Part shown: in pieces, positions 24,746-37,500 of the stretch | How positions within the stretch are numbered: position 1 is the stretch's first letter | How the letters are laid out: each line of letters starts with the position of its first letter | Origin: Paraspadella gotoi | Lineage: Eukaryota > Animalia > Chaetognatha | DNA: 64,000 nucleotides | Direction of reading: 5' to 3' | Assembly (NCBI GenBank): GCA_051294375.1 | Contig: JBJCIZ010000824.1 | Location: 19,435 to 83,434, forward strand | The notes under the pieces: model-generated | Told to the model about the DNA's origin: nothing | What the model saw: the letters and a program-made list of their open reading frames with translations, nothing else | Databases searched by the model: none | Position numbers and translations under genes: made by a program

Positions 24746-25880
24746 CGGCATCTTCACTAAATCAAGATTGATATGCTGGAATCTTTTAGGCGGGATCTTA
24801 AATTCACCTATTTCTGGTATCGTATGTCTCGTGGTCTTAGCTCTCTGGCAATTGAGGCAATCTCTAGCCCATCTGGCGATATCTTGTTTCATGTTTGTCC
24901 AGACAAATTTCGAAGTTATGGCCTTGCGAGTAGCCTTGATGCCTGGATGGCCGAGTCCATGGATGATATCGAAAACCTTTCGTCGCCAAGACGCTGGCAC
25001 AAAAGGTCGAGCAGGTCCGTTCGAAACATCTGCTAAAAGGTCCCGGTCGCCGACTTTGATTTTTCAAAACGTAAGCCCCGTTCGGGCGTCCTCCGCTATC
25101 TTTTGATAGTCTGGGTCCAACGATTGTTCACACGCCATTTGTTCGATACCAATTTCATAGCTGGTCATCTAGGAGATCATAACCCGCGCATCCTCGAGTC
25201 GATTCGCTTTTATTTGTCGATTGGTCGAGTTATTTAGAGTTGTAGGGCCTAACGGGATCGCTGCTGCTGGCGCTGACGCTGCTGCTGCTGCTGACGCTGC
25301 TGCTGTTTTCCATAATGTTTTTGATGCTGTTAATGACGATTTTGATTGTTTCTCCGCTGTGAGAGTCGCTGTCGACGCTGCTGATGACACTGCTGCCGAT
25401 GCTGCTGCTGTCAATGCTGCTGCTGTCGATTCTGCAGGTTTTTTTGCTGTCGAAGAGCTCGTCGTCGCGTTTGGCCGAGAGAGGGCGTCGGCGACGACAT
25501 TTGCTTTTCCCTTCAGATAACGGATATCCGTTGTAAATTTGGCTATAACCGAGAGTTGGTAAGCTTGGCAGACCGTTTGTGGTTCCGCCTTCTTTTTGAT
25601 GGCTGATACCAAACTCTGATGATCCGTGTATATGGTAAAGGAGCGGCCCTCGACCCAATGCCCTGGAATGCTTCTGCATGAAAGCTCCAAAAAGCTCTTT
25701 ATCGAATGGAGGCCATAATTTCTTATTTTTGGCGAGCTTGGTCAAAAAAAATGCCACAGGCTCCCATCCTTTTGGCCCGCGTTGCTCTAGGACGGCTCCG
25801 ACCGCCTGATCGGAGGCGTCGGTCGTAATACAAAGTTGGCACCTGTCCTTGGATGATGAAGAAGCGCGGCTTGGATCAGG
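24745..25880 (-). mobile_element. CsRn1-clade Gypsy fragment (subfamily C): RNase H, Ala-rich linker, integrase zinc finger
   Basis: TDASDQAVGAVLEQ, FTIYTDHQSL, GKANVVADALSR, HGLGHPGIKATRK...CLNCQRAK; homologous to the pol at 53191-54753. Confidence 0.88.
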
Positions 25881-27060
25881 CTGTCAGAAATGTTTTATTT
25901 ACGTAACCTATTTTATTTTACTAAGAATTTTGTCCCTTCTCCATATGTTTAGTTTTACTTAATTTGTTTAAATTGTAAAGGTTAGGTCTCTCTCATATTT
26001 TCTTTCAATGTATCACATATAATGATATTTTTAGTTCAAAGATTTAAATGTAGCAAAACAAAGTAGAGATGAGAGAGAGAGGCAAGAATTGTAATTCACT
26101 TCATATTTTAGCTTCGTAAAGTAAGGACGTTTCATCAAATAGAATAATTCAAAACTCAACTCTCTACTAATTCAGGTAAATCCGATAACAAACATAGATC
26201 GATCGAACATGAAATAGCTCTCTATCAACATCTGAGGGTAAAGGGTCACGCTACCGACATGGTGGCCAGCGCTGCTTCTTACCTTCTTTGCAGCCTCTTT
26301 GGGTTTTCCTGCCATGGGGTTGGTAGTTTTTGTTGGGTTTGTCAGGTTCTGGGATTTTCTTTTCTTTTCCCCCGGGGGCCGAGAGTAGGGGACAGGGTGT
26401 TGGCCGTCTCTCATCTTTCGGGCAAATTGGGTGGGTTTGGTTGGACAGGGCGTTGGCCGTCTTTCCCTTCTCACCGACATGGTTAATATGAATATATATG
26501 TACAAATAAAACGAGGGCGAGGTAGTTTTCTCATTCCTCGGTGCTTATAATAGATTTTATTGTTATATTTTGTTAAAATAACAAAATTTATTAATAATAA
26601 GTGTTAAACTTAGTAAACGATAAAGTAATAAAAGAAAAATAAAAGAAAATCCAATATATAGATTAATTGATATCGGTCAAGTTGTTTCGTTGTGCTTATC
26701 ACAAATATGAAAATTATTTTATTTTGGGAATTCGCGACGTACGATGGGGTGAGCGATTTATGAAATAGTTGATACGATATAATAATTCGATTACAGTTTA
26801 ACACCTCAGGTGACTGCGAAAGTTTGATACCAAAAAATGGAGAACGATAAGATCCCAGAGGAAGGCGCGAGAAATACCACGCCCGAGCCTCTGTTGGAAG
26901 ATGCATCTTCTCAAAAAAAGCCAGAGGTTTTTTTAATATATTCTTTTACCGGCCAATGTAGAATGATGGCAATATTGCTATTGTTAAGTTTTAAAAAAAT
27001 TTGATCATAAATATAGAGAGAGCAAAGAATTTTGAATTTTAACAACGATTTTTATTAATA

Positions 27061-27105
27061 GTTGGACATGTTTCGGCTTGCTTAGTTCAAGCCTTCATCA
27101 GCATA
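27061..27105 (-). ncRNA. Minimal type I hammerhead ribozyme motif (Penelope-associated type)
   Basis: Minus strand: CUGAUGA-A-GGCUUG(aacuaag)CAAGCC-GAAA-CAUG-UC. Intact core, 6-bp stem II, palindromic stem III (ACAUGU); stem I is weak. Confidence 0.7.
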
Positions 27106-27349
27106 TGACATTCAATAATAAATTTTGTGCAAAAGAAGAGTGTGAGAGAGAGGGTAAAAGTTTTTCCAACAAAGTGGTAAGACAGAATAGTGGTCAGATG
27201 TGAGGACAGGTTGAAGGTGAGGGCAGATTGAGTGAGTTGTGAAAAGAAGTGAAACTTGTTAAAGAGAAAGAGAGAGTGAGAGAGAGAGAGAAAAAATAAA
27301 ACAACAGAGATAAATAAATAATAAAGATACATTTTTTGCAATGTACAAC

Positions 27350-28600
27350 AAAGATAAAGGAGTTGGAGGACTATGAGGTGGAAGCTTTGGCCTCTTTTCG
27401 ATTGTTGCATGGGGCAGAGTCAGTCCTCTTCTGGTATCGGAAAGCAGACGATACCATTCTGGCTGTGCGCAAAGACCTCATTGAGGATCTACTAAACCAC
27501 CTGAACAGCATCCATGTGCGGATCAAGTGGACATGTGAGAGGGAGGTGAATGGGTCAATTCCAATGCTCGATGTGTTGATTCAACGCAAAGAGGGCGGCT
27601 CATTGGAATTCTCAGTATATTGCAAACCAACCCACACGGACAAATACATTCCCTTCATCTCACATGCTCCCCTGTCTCACAAGCTCGCCACGGTCAGATC
27701 CCTTACCAGGAGAGCTGCACTGATTCCGTCGACCCTCGAGCTTCAGGCCGCCGAGCTTGAGCACATCAAAAGAGCCTTGGTGATCAATGGCTACCCATTG
27801 TGGGCCTTCGAGAAGGCCAGGTATCGGCCGCACCTGGCTGAGGACAGTGGCCAACCAGGGGCTGTCCAAGTAACCGCTGACGCAGGTTCTACCTCCACCC
27901 CCAGGAGGCAGAACGGGAGCTTGCTGCTGAAGAGCCGACCGCGCCCACCACAGCGCAAGTGGAAGATAAGCAGAACGTGGGTCACTTGTCCCTCCCCTAC
28001 CACCAGGGGATCACTGAAGCACTGGTGCGGGTGCTAGCAAAGCAGGGGATCTCCACTTCAGTGACGGCCCGCGGCTCCCTACGTGAGCAATTGGTGAAAC
28101 CGAAAGATAAAATCCCCAGACCGAAAACATCAGGAGCCGTCTACTGGGCGGCCTGTGCAGGGGTGGGCAACCAATCCTGTGCAGCAGCATACGTGGGAGA
28201 GACAGGAAAGTCTCTGACAGATCAATTCCAACAACACAAAAAACCTTACCGTGACGCCCGAGGTCACTATTTGTCCGCAATTGCTGAACATTCAGCAGAC
28301 ACAGGCCATCTGTTCAGGGAATCAGACTGTCTCGTGCTGTCCCATGACCCAAACTGGTTCTCAAGAGGTATTAGAGAGGCAATTTACATCAAAGCCCTCG
28401 AGCCCTCTTTGAACCGTGACGGAGGATGATTCGATCTCCCTCCAAGCTATGATTCGCTTATCAAAAGAGTGGTGGAGGCCCCGCCGCCACCACGCCCGCA
28501 CAATGACTCCCCTATCTCCACTCAACGAGACAGGCGGAGACCCTTGCGCAGGCAATGGGCAAACGATGCCTCTCCCTCAAATGCAGCAACTCAGCCCGAG
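27350..28600 (+). mobile_element. Penelope-like retroelement fragment (RT C-terminus plus GIY-YIG endonuclease)
   Basis: WYRKADDT, HLNSIH..IKWTCERE, LDVLIQR, VYCKPTHTDKY; endonuclease GAVY..C...YVGETGKSL...H, REAIYIK..PSLNRDGG. Confidence 0.92.
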
Positions 28601-31600
28601 CAGCTCGAGCAGGGTTTTCGTCGTCTGAAACAGGGAAGCAAAACGATTATGGAATATGCTAGACGATTTCGTATTTTCTGTCTGAAATTGGATGAAATGG
28701 GATGTTGATTCTCAGTCTTTGAAGTTTATTGAGGGTCTGACGGATCGGATGATTGGCGCCGCTTTGGTATGATCGAATTATACTAGTTATACGTTTAGGG
28801 AGCTTCGTGGTTATGTGTGTGGCCTTAGAAATTCTGTGAATGATCGTTCGCGTTTTGGGATGCGGATTGACCGACTGAAAGTTTTTTCTGTTGTGGACCA
28901 GGATGATGGTTTTCTTTTCGAAAGTGAGGGGAGTGAGGATGATTAAAATAAATCGAAATCTTTTGTCATGGTTCAATAGAAATTGCGGTACATTGAACTG
29001 GCTGAAAAGAAAAACATCGGAAGGAATGTGTGCTGGAATTGTTTTGACGAAGATTACATGGCCATGAAATGTCCTAAGAAACGATGCTTGTTTTGAAAGA
29101 AAGATGTGCAGAAAGCGAAACATTTCTCTTTAGGCTGTAGAATGGCTCCAAATAATTTTACTTCTCTCTTGAAAGCGAAAAAGAAACCAAACGATGAAAA
29201 GAAAGAGAAAGGCGGGAGAGAAAGGAAAAATAAAAGCGGTAAAGGATGACAGTTTTAGCGACGATTTTGAGGACTACTTGTTCACTGACTCTGACTCGGA
29301 TTGACTAGAACGGGTTAATAGGGTTAAAGGGGTTCTTATAGAGGATATTGAACGAAAGAGTAAAGTCCAGCTCGATCAAGGAAGATCTGTTAATCTTGTT
29401 TTGAAATGTGGAGTGAAAAATATAAACAATAGAAACGGTTTTCGTGTTATTTGTTTTGAGGTCGATACGGGCAGCGATCGAACTGTAATTTCTAAACAAG
29501 AATGCCTAAGATTAAAATTAAACATTCTAAGATTAACTACGCCAAAGATTTTGGTTGGCATAGGAGGTGAAATATCCTCTTCTGAATATGTTATGATAAC
29601 ATTACAATTAAACAAAATGGAATTGAATGTTTTTGCTTATGTTATGGGAAATGAAAGTCCAACTTTGTTGGGAAGTGATGTGATGGGATATAATGATTGT
29701 AATATTGATTACGTGACTCGTGTTTTGGAAATAAAAGGCGAACGAATGAAATTGTTTGGATCGATACGGGAAGCCAAAGACGAAGTTACAAACGATCGAG
29801 ATGGGAAACAAAACATCACATTCTTTCCACTTACGTCAAAAACACTCGACCCAGCTTGCATCACTCCGGTTGAAGTGGAGATTAGTGATCACAACTTTGG
29901 TGATTGTCTTCATTCCTAAGTGGGTATTGATCCGAAGGATGGGGTTCATGTTTTGGGCGTTACCTATGAGAGAAAAGAAAAAGTTTACAGAGTTTTAGTA
30001 ATGAACAGGAATAAAACAGAAAGGTCTCTGAGAGCTAGGAAGATTATTAGAGAAGTGGTTTTTGAGGAAACAGATGAATCGAATAGTGATAGGTGATAGA
30101 TTCAAACGTAAGTTCGACAACTCCGATCAATGTGGACGACTTACCCAAAGGTTCGAAGTTGACTTCCCATCAAGCGGATGACGTAATGGAGAATGGAGTG
30201 AAGTTTTCACCGCCGCCGAAGTCGTCTGCCCCGGATCTTGTTTTCCCGGATTTCGAAATAGATAGGGAAGCTGAATTGAAGAAAAATAGTTTGAATGAAT
30301 ATTGGCCTGACCGAGGTGAATTTTTGACTCAGTTTGATTGGAAAGATTTGGAGAAAGAATTATGGGAATTAGGCTCTGAGAAAGCTAATTACTATCTTGA
30401 AAAATATAAAGATATCGTTTGGAATTTTAGTGGAGTGTTTTGGGCAGGTAAATGGAGACAAATGATAGAGAAGGTGAATCTTCCCCCTGTTGAACTTCCT
30501 ATAATTAATGATCCTCTACCGACGATTGATAGATATCGACGGCAATCTCCTGCCAAACTTGAAAGATTATGTCCAAAAATTATTGAAAGCTGGTATAATT
30601 GAGAAAACATTAGATTCTAAATTTATTTTGAATCCTCACATCGTCAGCCGACAAGTTACGAACCCTGCGACTGGAGAAACACGATTGAAAAATCGTCTGA
30701 CTATCGATTATCCTTTGGTAAACAGGTTGATTGAGACGCGTGCTTATAGAATGAAATTGATGGATGACATTCTGGCTGCTGCAAGTTGCAAGAAGCTGTT
30801 TTCTTGCTGTGATGCCACAGATTATTTCTGGCAAATTGCACTTGCGCCTGCGAGTCGTGACCTCACCTGTTTTTACGCCGACAATGAGATTTATCGTTTT
30901 TGCGTGGTCGCCATGGGCTTGAAGTCGGCTCCGCAAGATGCGCAAAAGGTTTCCGATCATATTGTTTCAAAAATGGTTGATTTTTGCCGCGTTTTTGTCG
31001 ATGATTTCATCATTTACAGCATGACCAACGACTTGCATCTGCTGCACATGTAACAGATCTTCGCGACTATGAGTTATTTTAATTTGAAGTTCAAGGCCGC
31101 CAAAGTTTCGCTTGGACTTAAGAAACAGACGATCCTGTGGTATTGTGTTTCGTTCAAGAGCATTCATCGTCTTCCTTCCCACAAAACTATGTCTTTGCCA
31201 TAATTGAAGCCTCCGGCATCGAAAGAGCAACTTTAGAGTTTCTTGGGACTGCTTGCGTGGTTTTCTGGTACTGCATTGCTCAGGGACGCTGCTCTGCCGC
31301 TGCGAGCGATGGCGAAGAGTAGCGTTTGATTCAAATGGGGCGAGGAAAAGGAGAATGCTTTCCATCGGTGTGTGAAAATTCTGTTGGACGATCGAACGGG
31401 AGTTCTACGATCTGCTGTTGAGGAAGAAGATTTCGTTCTTTTCACGGATGCAAGCCGCACTGCTCTAGGAAGTGTGCTGTGTCAGCTGCAGCGACCTTCT
31501 GATATCGAAGTACTACAGGGTGCCGATCCTGATGAGAAAAGGTTATATTTAATACAATATTATTCTAAATCTTTTGCGGGCGGCGATCTTTTGCTTCCTA

Positions 31601-33363
31601 TTTGTCTGAAAGAATTATTTTCGTTGTCCGAATCACTTAAGCATTTCAAACAATATTTACTGGGATGCCGAACACATGTTTTTGTTGACCAGAGAGTCGT
31701 TTCTTATTGATTAACTATGGATATAGTGAGTGAAAGAGTGGCGAGAGCTTTGAATTATATTCACGAATTTGATATAACAGTACGTTTTATACCTTCGACT
31801 CTTAATGCTGCCGATCAATTATCGAGGAATCTAGAATCGAGTGAAAATACCTCTAAAATGCCAGAGGCTAAAAATGTTTTTCAAAATGTCATAATACGAA
31901 ATTCTCTAGGGGAACAGATTCCCAACGATAATGTTTTCTCTGAGGAGAAACGTAAAGAATTGAATTTATTTTTCAAAGAGGGGAAAAGAGGGCCCTTAGC
32001 TAAGATAAATGAAATAAATTTACAAGAGTCAGATATTTACCCTTTAAACTGGTTTTGGGAAACGGAGCTGGAATTGGAGTCCGTTGCACGTCAGGGGCCC
32101 GCGCAATTGAAGAAACAGATCGAGCAGCCTGCAGCGGGGCAACGACATGAAACATTGGAACCATGTACCAAATGTAATTGTAAAGGATTAAGCGAAACGC
32201 CAATTGAACATTGTTCTTGTTGTTATAACTGTATAACAAGTACTTATTTTATTAAAGTGACAAGTACTAATGATTTACTCTCTAATAAACCTGTATTAAA
32301 AACGAATAAAGACTTTGATAATATACAACTTCCTACATTGAAAGAGGACGATAGAGATAAAATACTGAAATTACAAAGCGATTCATCCCAGATGTCTAAA
32401 TGGAGAAAATGGATTGACGACAAAGACTCACAACCGAACAAAAGCGATACATTACTATTAGAATCCCTGGACCTAACGATATTACAACATATCTTTATTT
32501 CGGATTAATGATCAAGGCGTTATCTTTCGACTTTTCCCTGAAGAAAATGGCGACATTGATAAGCTCATTTTAATTGATACCAAATATTTGACTGAGATAA
32601 CTGAAAAGGTACATGACGACTATGGACACTGCAACGCGAATACAGTTTTTAAACTGATTGCGAATAAATACTATGCACCAGGTATGAGACGCCTTATTAT
32701 TAATAATATTAGAAAATGTCATGTATGTATCAGTTATAATATTAAACCGACAATAAAAGAAAAACCTTCCACGATGATGCCGATGGGTCCTAGACACATC
32801 TTATCTTGCGATATTTTGGGACCTCTGGTGAATTCTCACGGGTTTAGGTTTATTTTCTCTTGCCAGAGATTCATATATGTAGTAGAGAGTCTTTTCTAAT
32901 TGCAATTAATCGACTTCTGCCCGAAGACGTGCCCAGGCTTTATGAATGATATTTGAATTCTCATGGGTTGGACTGCGTTTCCATTGACGGTAAGTGTGAT
33001 ACTCAACATAAAATAAATTGAATAATTTTGAAAAAGTTGGGTGTACAAGTACAACAATGTACATATGTTAGTCGACACCAAGCCTACTCTGAACGATTGA
33101 ATCAAATCTGTCTAATACGTATATTAAAATGGTTAGAGAGTGAGCCTGACTTACGTAAATGGGCGAAAATTTTGAAGAAGGTTGAGTTTTTGATAAACAT
33201 GTGTCCTACAATTTTTTTGGGAGGGAAGAGTNNNNNNNNNNTGCGTTTCCATTGACGATAAGTGTGTTACTCAACGTAAAATAGATTGAATAATTTTGAA
33301 AAAGTTGGGTGTAAAAGTACAACAAAGTACATACGTTAGTCGACACCAAGCCTACTCTGAACG
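28600..33363 (+). mobile_element. Gypsy family A, copy 2 (partial gag, PR, RT, RH, IN; many stops)
   Basis: Colinear, highly similar reverse complement of ~6240-1690; same DTG, FVDD, FTDAS and HHCC motifs. Confidence 0.93.
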
Positions 33364-33687
33364 AGGGGCGTTTACCGCCACAGCTCTTCCCCATCCCCGT
33401 CGTCCCCTCCTCCTCATCTCCTCGTCATCCCCTCCTCCTCATCCCTCCGGCAACCCTCGGGCCGGGACCAAGGAATTCACTCTCAGCTCAGCTCTCCGGG
33501 AGTTGGGCAGAATCGCGCTCAACCTACAAGTCGGGGCACAAGAAACCTCCCTCACTCTCTCTCTTATTTTGTACATAACCGTCTTTACTATACTTTAGAC
33601 TTATTAGACTCCATATCTTAAATTACCTCTTTTCCCTAATGAGAGACTAGTTAGTACCTACCTTTAGCTAGATACCCATCTTCCCAG
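33364..33687 (+). repeat. LTR-like repeat (element D, 5' copy)
   Basis: Matches the reverse complement of 36884-37500, minus ~300 bp of internal sequence. Directly followed by a tRNA-complementary sequence. Confidence 0.7.
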
Positions 33688-33740
33688 TGGCGCCCAATGT
33701 GGGGCTCAAACCCACGACCCCAGGATTAAGAGTCCTGTGC
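33688..33740 (-). other. Antisense copy of tRNA-Lys(CTT) 3' portion including CCA (extended primer-binding site)
   Basis: TGGCGCCCAATGTGGGGCTCAAACCCACGACCCCAGGATTAAGAGTC is complementary to the eukaryotic tRNA-Lys(CUU) acceptor stem, T arm and anticodon loop. The encoded CCA argues against a tRNA gene. Confidence 0.85.
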
Positions 33741-36148
33741 GCCCAATCAGGCCTCTCTCCTAGGTTCAACCTACCCCAGGATTAAGATCCCGTGCTTCCG
33801 ACTTTAACCGGCACCTAACCCACCCAACCCACCCGGGGGCGTTCAAAATTCCTCTCTTTTCTTTTTTTAACCTCATCTCTTCTATCTATCCTCGACTCAA
33901 AACTAACCTGGCATTTTTTTTCGTTTTACCTCAATTTTTTTTTTAATTCCGCACTCAAAACTTTTTTTAAAACTAACTTACATTTTTTTTACTGCATTTG
34001 GTAATGTGGTTACTATTGTAATAAAAAAAATTAGATGTTTTAGCAAACAAAACCGTAACTCTTTTACAGATTTGGCGTCTCATCCGTAATTGTGTTAATT
34101 ATTTCCTTTTACAGAGGGGTACGAAGCCTGTCTCTTGTTTCTTGTTTCACAATTTTTTTAAATTAGCGAAATAAATCAAACCTTTTTCCTCAGTGACACA
34201 AAACTGAATGTAAAAACTATCTCTCCTTTTCTCCAAGTGGACGATAATCTTTAAATTTTTTTCACGTCGACGACTCCCGCCTTATTTCAACCAATAGTTA
34301 AAAACAAATTCTTTTTACAGGTCTCCACATTTTCTTTCTATTCAACTAAATTTTGATTTCACCAAATAAATGAGTATCAAAGTAAAGCAAATAAAATTAA
34401 ATNNNNNNNNNNNNNNNNNNNNNNNNNNNNNNNNNNNNNNNNNNNNNNNNNNNNNNNNNNNNNNNNNNNNNNNNNNNNNNNNNNNNNNNNNNNNNNNNNN
34501 NNNNNNNNNNNNNNNNNNNNNNNNNNNNNNNNNNNNNNNNNNNNNNNNNNNNNNNNNNNNNNNNNNNNNNNNNNNNNNNNNNNNNNNNNNNNNNNNNNNN
34601 NNNNNNNNNNNNNNNNNNNNNNNNNNNNNNNNNNNNNNNNNNNNNNNNNNNNNNNNNNNNNNNNNNNNNNNNNNNNNNNNNNNNNNNNNNNNNNNNNNNN
34701 NNNNNNNNNNNNNNNNNNNNNNNNNNNNNNNNNNNNNNNNNNNNNNNNNNNNNNNNNNNNNNNNNNNNNNNNNNNNNNNNNNNNNNNNNNNNNNNNNNNN
34801 NNNNNNNNNNNNNNNNNNNNNNNNNNNNNNNNNNNNNNNNNNNNNNNNNNNNNNNNNNNNNNNNNNNNNNNNNNNNNNNNNNNNNNNNNNNNNNNNNNNN
34901 NNNNNNNNNNNNNNNNNNNNNNNNNNNNNNNNNNNNNNNNNNNNNNNNNNNNNNNNNNNNNNNNNNNNNNNNNNNNNNNNNNNNNNNNNNNNNNNNNNNN
35001 NNNNNNNNNNNNNNNNNNNNNNNNNNNNNNNNNNNNNNNNNNNNNNNNNNNNNNNNNNNNNNNNNNNNNNNNNNNNNNNNNNNNNNNNNNNNNNNNNNNN
35101 NNNNNNNNNNNNNNNNNNNNNNNNNNNNNNNNNNNNNNNNNNNNNNNNNNNNNNNNNNNNNCCACCAAGTGGAGGATAGTATTTTTAGTAGAAAATAATT
35201 CAATGCCAAGGTGAAATTGAAGGAGAATTTATTTAGTGAAACATCGAAGGGGAAGAAATAATAATAATGAGTGCGAGAATAAAATAACAATGACTTTTAT
35301 ATGAACTACTTTGTTTATCAAAGTAGGAATGTAAACGAGAATGGAATTTTAGGCCGGGAGAAATATTATTTACATTTTTGTAATTTACTGAATTCTTTCT
35401 CCCAATCTTCACTACCTCTTCGCTACCTCGCCCTCTCTCTCATCGATGGTTTCGGATCACGCATTCTTTTACTAACCCTCCCCTCGTTGACCCGTGAGCC
35501 GATCCTCGATCTCAGGATCTCTTTCTCGCTCCTTTTTCTTCACTCGCTCTTCTTCCCGGCCTCCTCTTCCTTCTCTCCTTTACGCTGCGCCTCTCTTTCC
35601 TCATCCCTTCCTCATTCGAGAGAGCAGCTGCGCAGGGAAGAACAGCCATGCTCTGATCAAATGACGACTCTCCCACCACTCCTTGCCCCTCACTGGGCCC
35701 CTCACTCGATGCTCACCCTCTCTCTCTCCCATTTCGACTTCCAAACCCAAAAAAAAAAGATCGTTGATCTCTCCCTTCTCTTTCTCTCTGGATTGCATCG
35801 TCACGTGATCAGGCTTCGCTCCCTCTCCCTTCTTGAACATCTCGTCTCTCTCTCTTTCATTTTTTTTTCTCTCTCTCTTTCCACGGTCAAAAATCTCTCT
35901 CTTTGGCTCCTGGCTGGACACTTAACGTCGTCACGTGACTAGGCATCGCTAGGAAACAAAAAAAAAACCAGATCTGACTGAGCTCCCTCTCGCCGCTGAG
36001 TTTGCCCCCCACTTCTTCTCTCTCTCTCTCTCCCTCTCTCTCTAAAGAGAAAAGGCCGAGACCGACGGAGACGGCCATATCTGACCCATTCGACCTATTG
36101 ACCGATCGACCGGACAGAGACTGACCGGACTCTTTCTCCACTCTTTTT

Positions 36149-36184
<36 letters not shown>

Positions 36185-36406
36185 AAACTTTACTTGGACG
36201 AGATCAAACAAGACAAATACAGATTCACTGGATCACTCTAGACCGACAACTACTTTCTTACAAAATTTTACCTACGTTTTTGCTGAAGATTTTACTACGA
36301 TTTCTCTACGATTTATTGGATTTCTCTTAGATTTGATCTCGATTTTGTTATGATTCTTTCTTTTCGTTGTGTTTGTAAATTNNNNNNNNNNNNNNNNNNN
36401 NNNNNN

Positions 36407-36883
36407 AAGTATTATTAGTGAGTTTATCCATAACATTTCTTACTTTTGTACATTCCTGTACCCACTCTTGATTCCCACTTCAAAGGCTGCGATAATTTAC
36501 TTTTTGCAATTTCTATTCATATTTAGTTGAATGCCGATAAAATACCAACATCACCTTTCCTCAACGCTTATGGTTCGATCCGCTGAGGGTTAGAGGATGA
36601 TGCTGATAAAGTTTCAACAAATTAGTGTATGCAGGGCAAGTCGGATGTTTTTGAGTCCCAATAACATGTTTGAACATCTTACTCTATTGCGCATGCTTCC
36701 TTCAATAGGGACCATCTCTGGAGTCAATGCCTTTCATTGCATGTCATCGAGTACCTGGAACGGACTCTTCCCTCCCAAAGAAATGAAAGGACACATGTTT
36801 AAATCGAAAACTCAACCTTCTTCAAATTTTCGCCCATTTACGTAAGTCAGACTCGAGCCTCCTCTAACCATTTTAATAACGTA
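36407..36883 (-). mobile_element. Gypsy family A integrase C-terminal fragment (inverted piece of copy 2)
   Basis: Matches ~1210-1672 in the same orientation, with many indels. Confidence 0.88.
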
Positions 36884-37500
36884 CTGGGAAGATGGGTATC
36901 TTAGCTAAAGGTAGGTACTAACTAGTCTCTCATTAGGGAAAAGAGGTAATTTAAGATATGGAGTCTAATAAGTCTTAAAGTATAGTAAAGACGGTTATGT
37001 ACAAAATAAGGAGAGAGTGTGGGAGCGTTTCTTGTGCCGACTTGTAGGTTGAGCGCGATTCTGCCCAACTCCCGCGAGAGCTGGCTGAGAGTGAATTCCT
37101 TGGTCGCCGGCCCGAAGGATGGTTAACTAATTGGATCCCGAAGACGGACGAATAGGTATGGGCGATGAATGAATGTTACAGGAGAATCGAGAGGACGACG
37201 AGGAATGATCATTCTCCGTCTCACAGATTATTATTACCGTAAATTAATAATTAATTTAATCGTCATGGTACTTCTTGGTACATTACATTACTCTATATTC
37301 CCGCCCAGACAACTTCCAAGGCCGCCACTTCTTCTCCTCGTTCTCTACACTGTTTCTAGCGCGCGACGAGTGGTCCAAGGTCAGGGTCATGCCCGGACAG
37401 AGATCATGTCCGCCAAAGAGTGAGAGTCGCGTCAGGGCGGCGGACCGCGTCTGAGATGAGGAGGAGACGATGGGAAGAGCTCGTGCGTTGTAACGCTCCC
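36884..37500 (-). repeat. LTR-like repeat (element D, 3' copy)
   Basis: Reverse complement of 33364-33687; preceded on the minus strand by a purine tract (AGAGGGAG); abuts family A integrase. Confidence 0.7.

Noticed and set aside
26172-26534. Basic Pro/Lys-rich ORF with upstream TATA-like motif and possible splice donor
   Set aside because: No recognisable domain or second copy; too little support to call.
33242-33363. Tandem duplication within the family A integrase
   Set aside because: It repeats 32973-33096 right after a small N gap, so it is probably contig or haplotype overlap.
33688-33740. Functional tRNA-Lys gene
   Set aside because: Incomplete 5' half, encoded CCA, mutated T loop, and a position directly after an LTR-like repeat.
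34370-35290. Long ORFs across N runs (also 45783-46282, 58726-59456, 63053-63934)
   Set aside because: Artefacts of translating gaps.
35301-36186. 213-aa Leu/Ser-rich ORF and antisense Glu/Arg-rich ORFs
   Set aside because: CT-rich low-complexity sequence, probably the leader region of element D.
33364-37500. DIRS-like element with inverted terminal repeats
   Set aside because: No tyrosine recombinase or RT motifs are visible, a tRNA PBS is present, and the flanking Gypsy sequence shows the second repeat lies in an inverted block.
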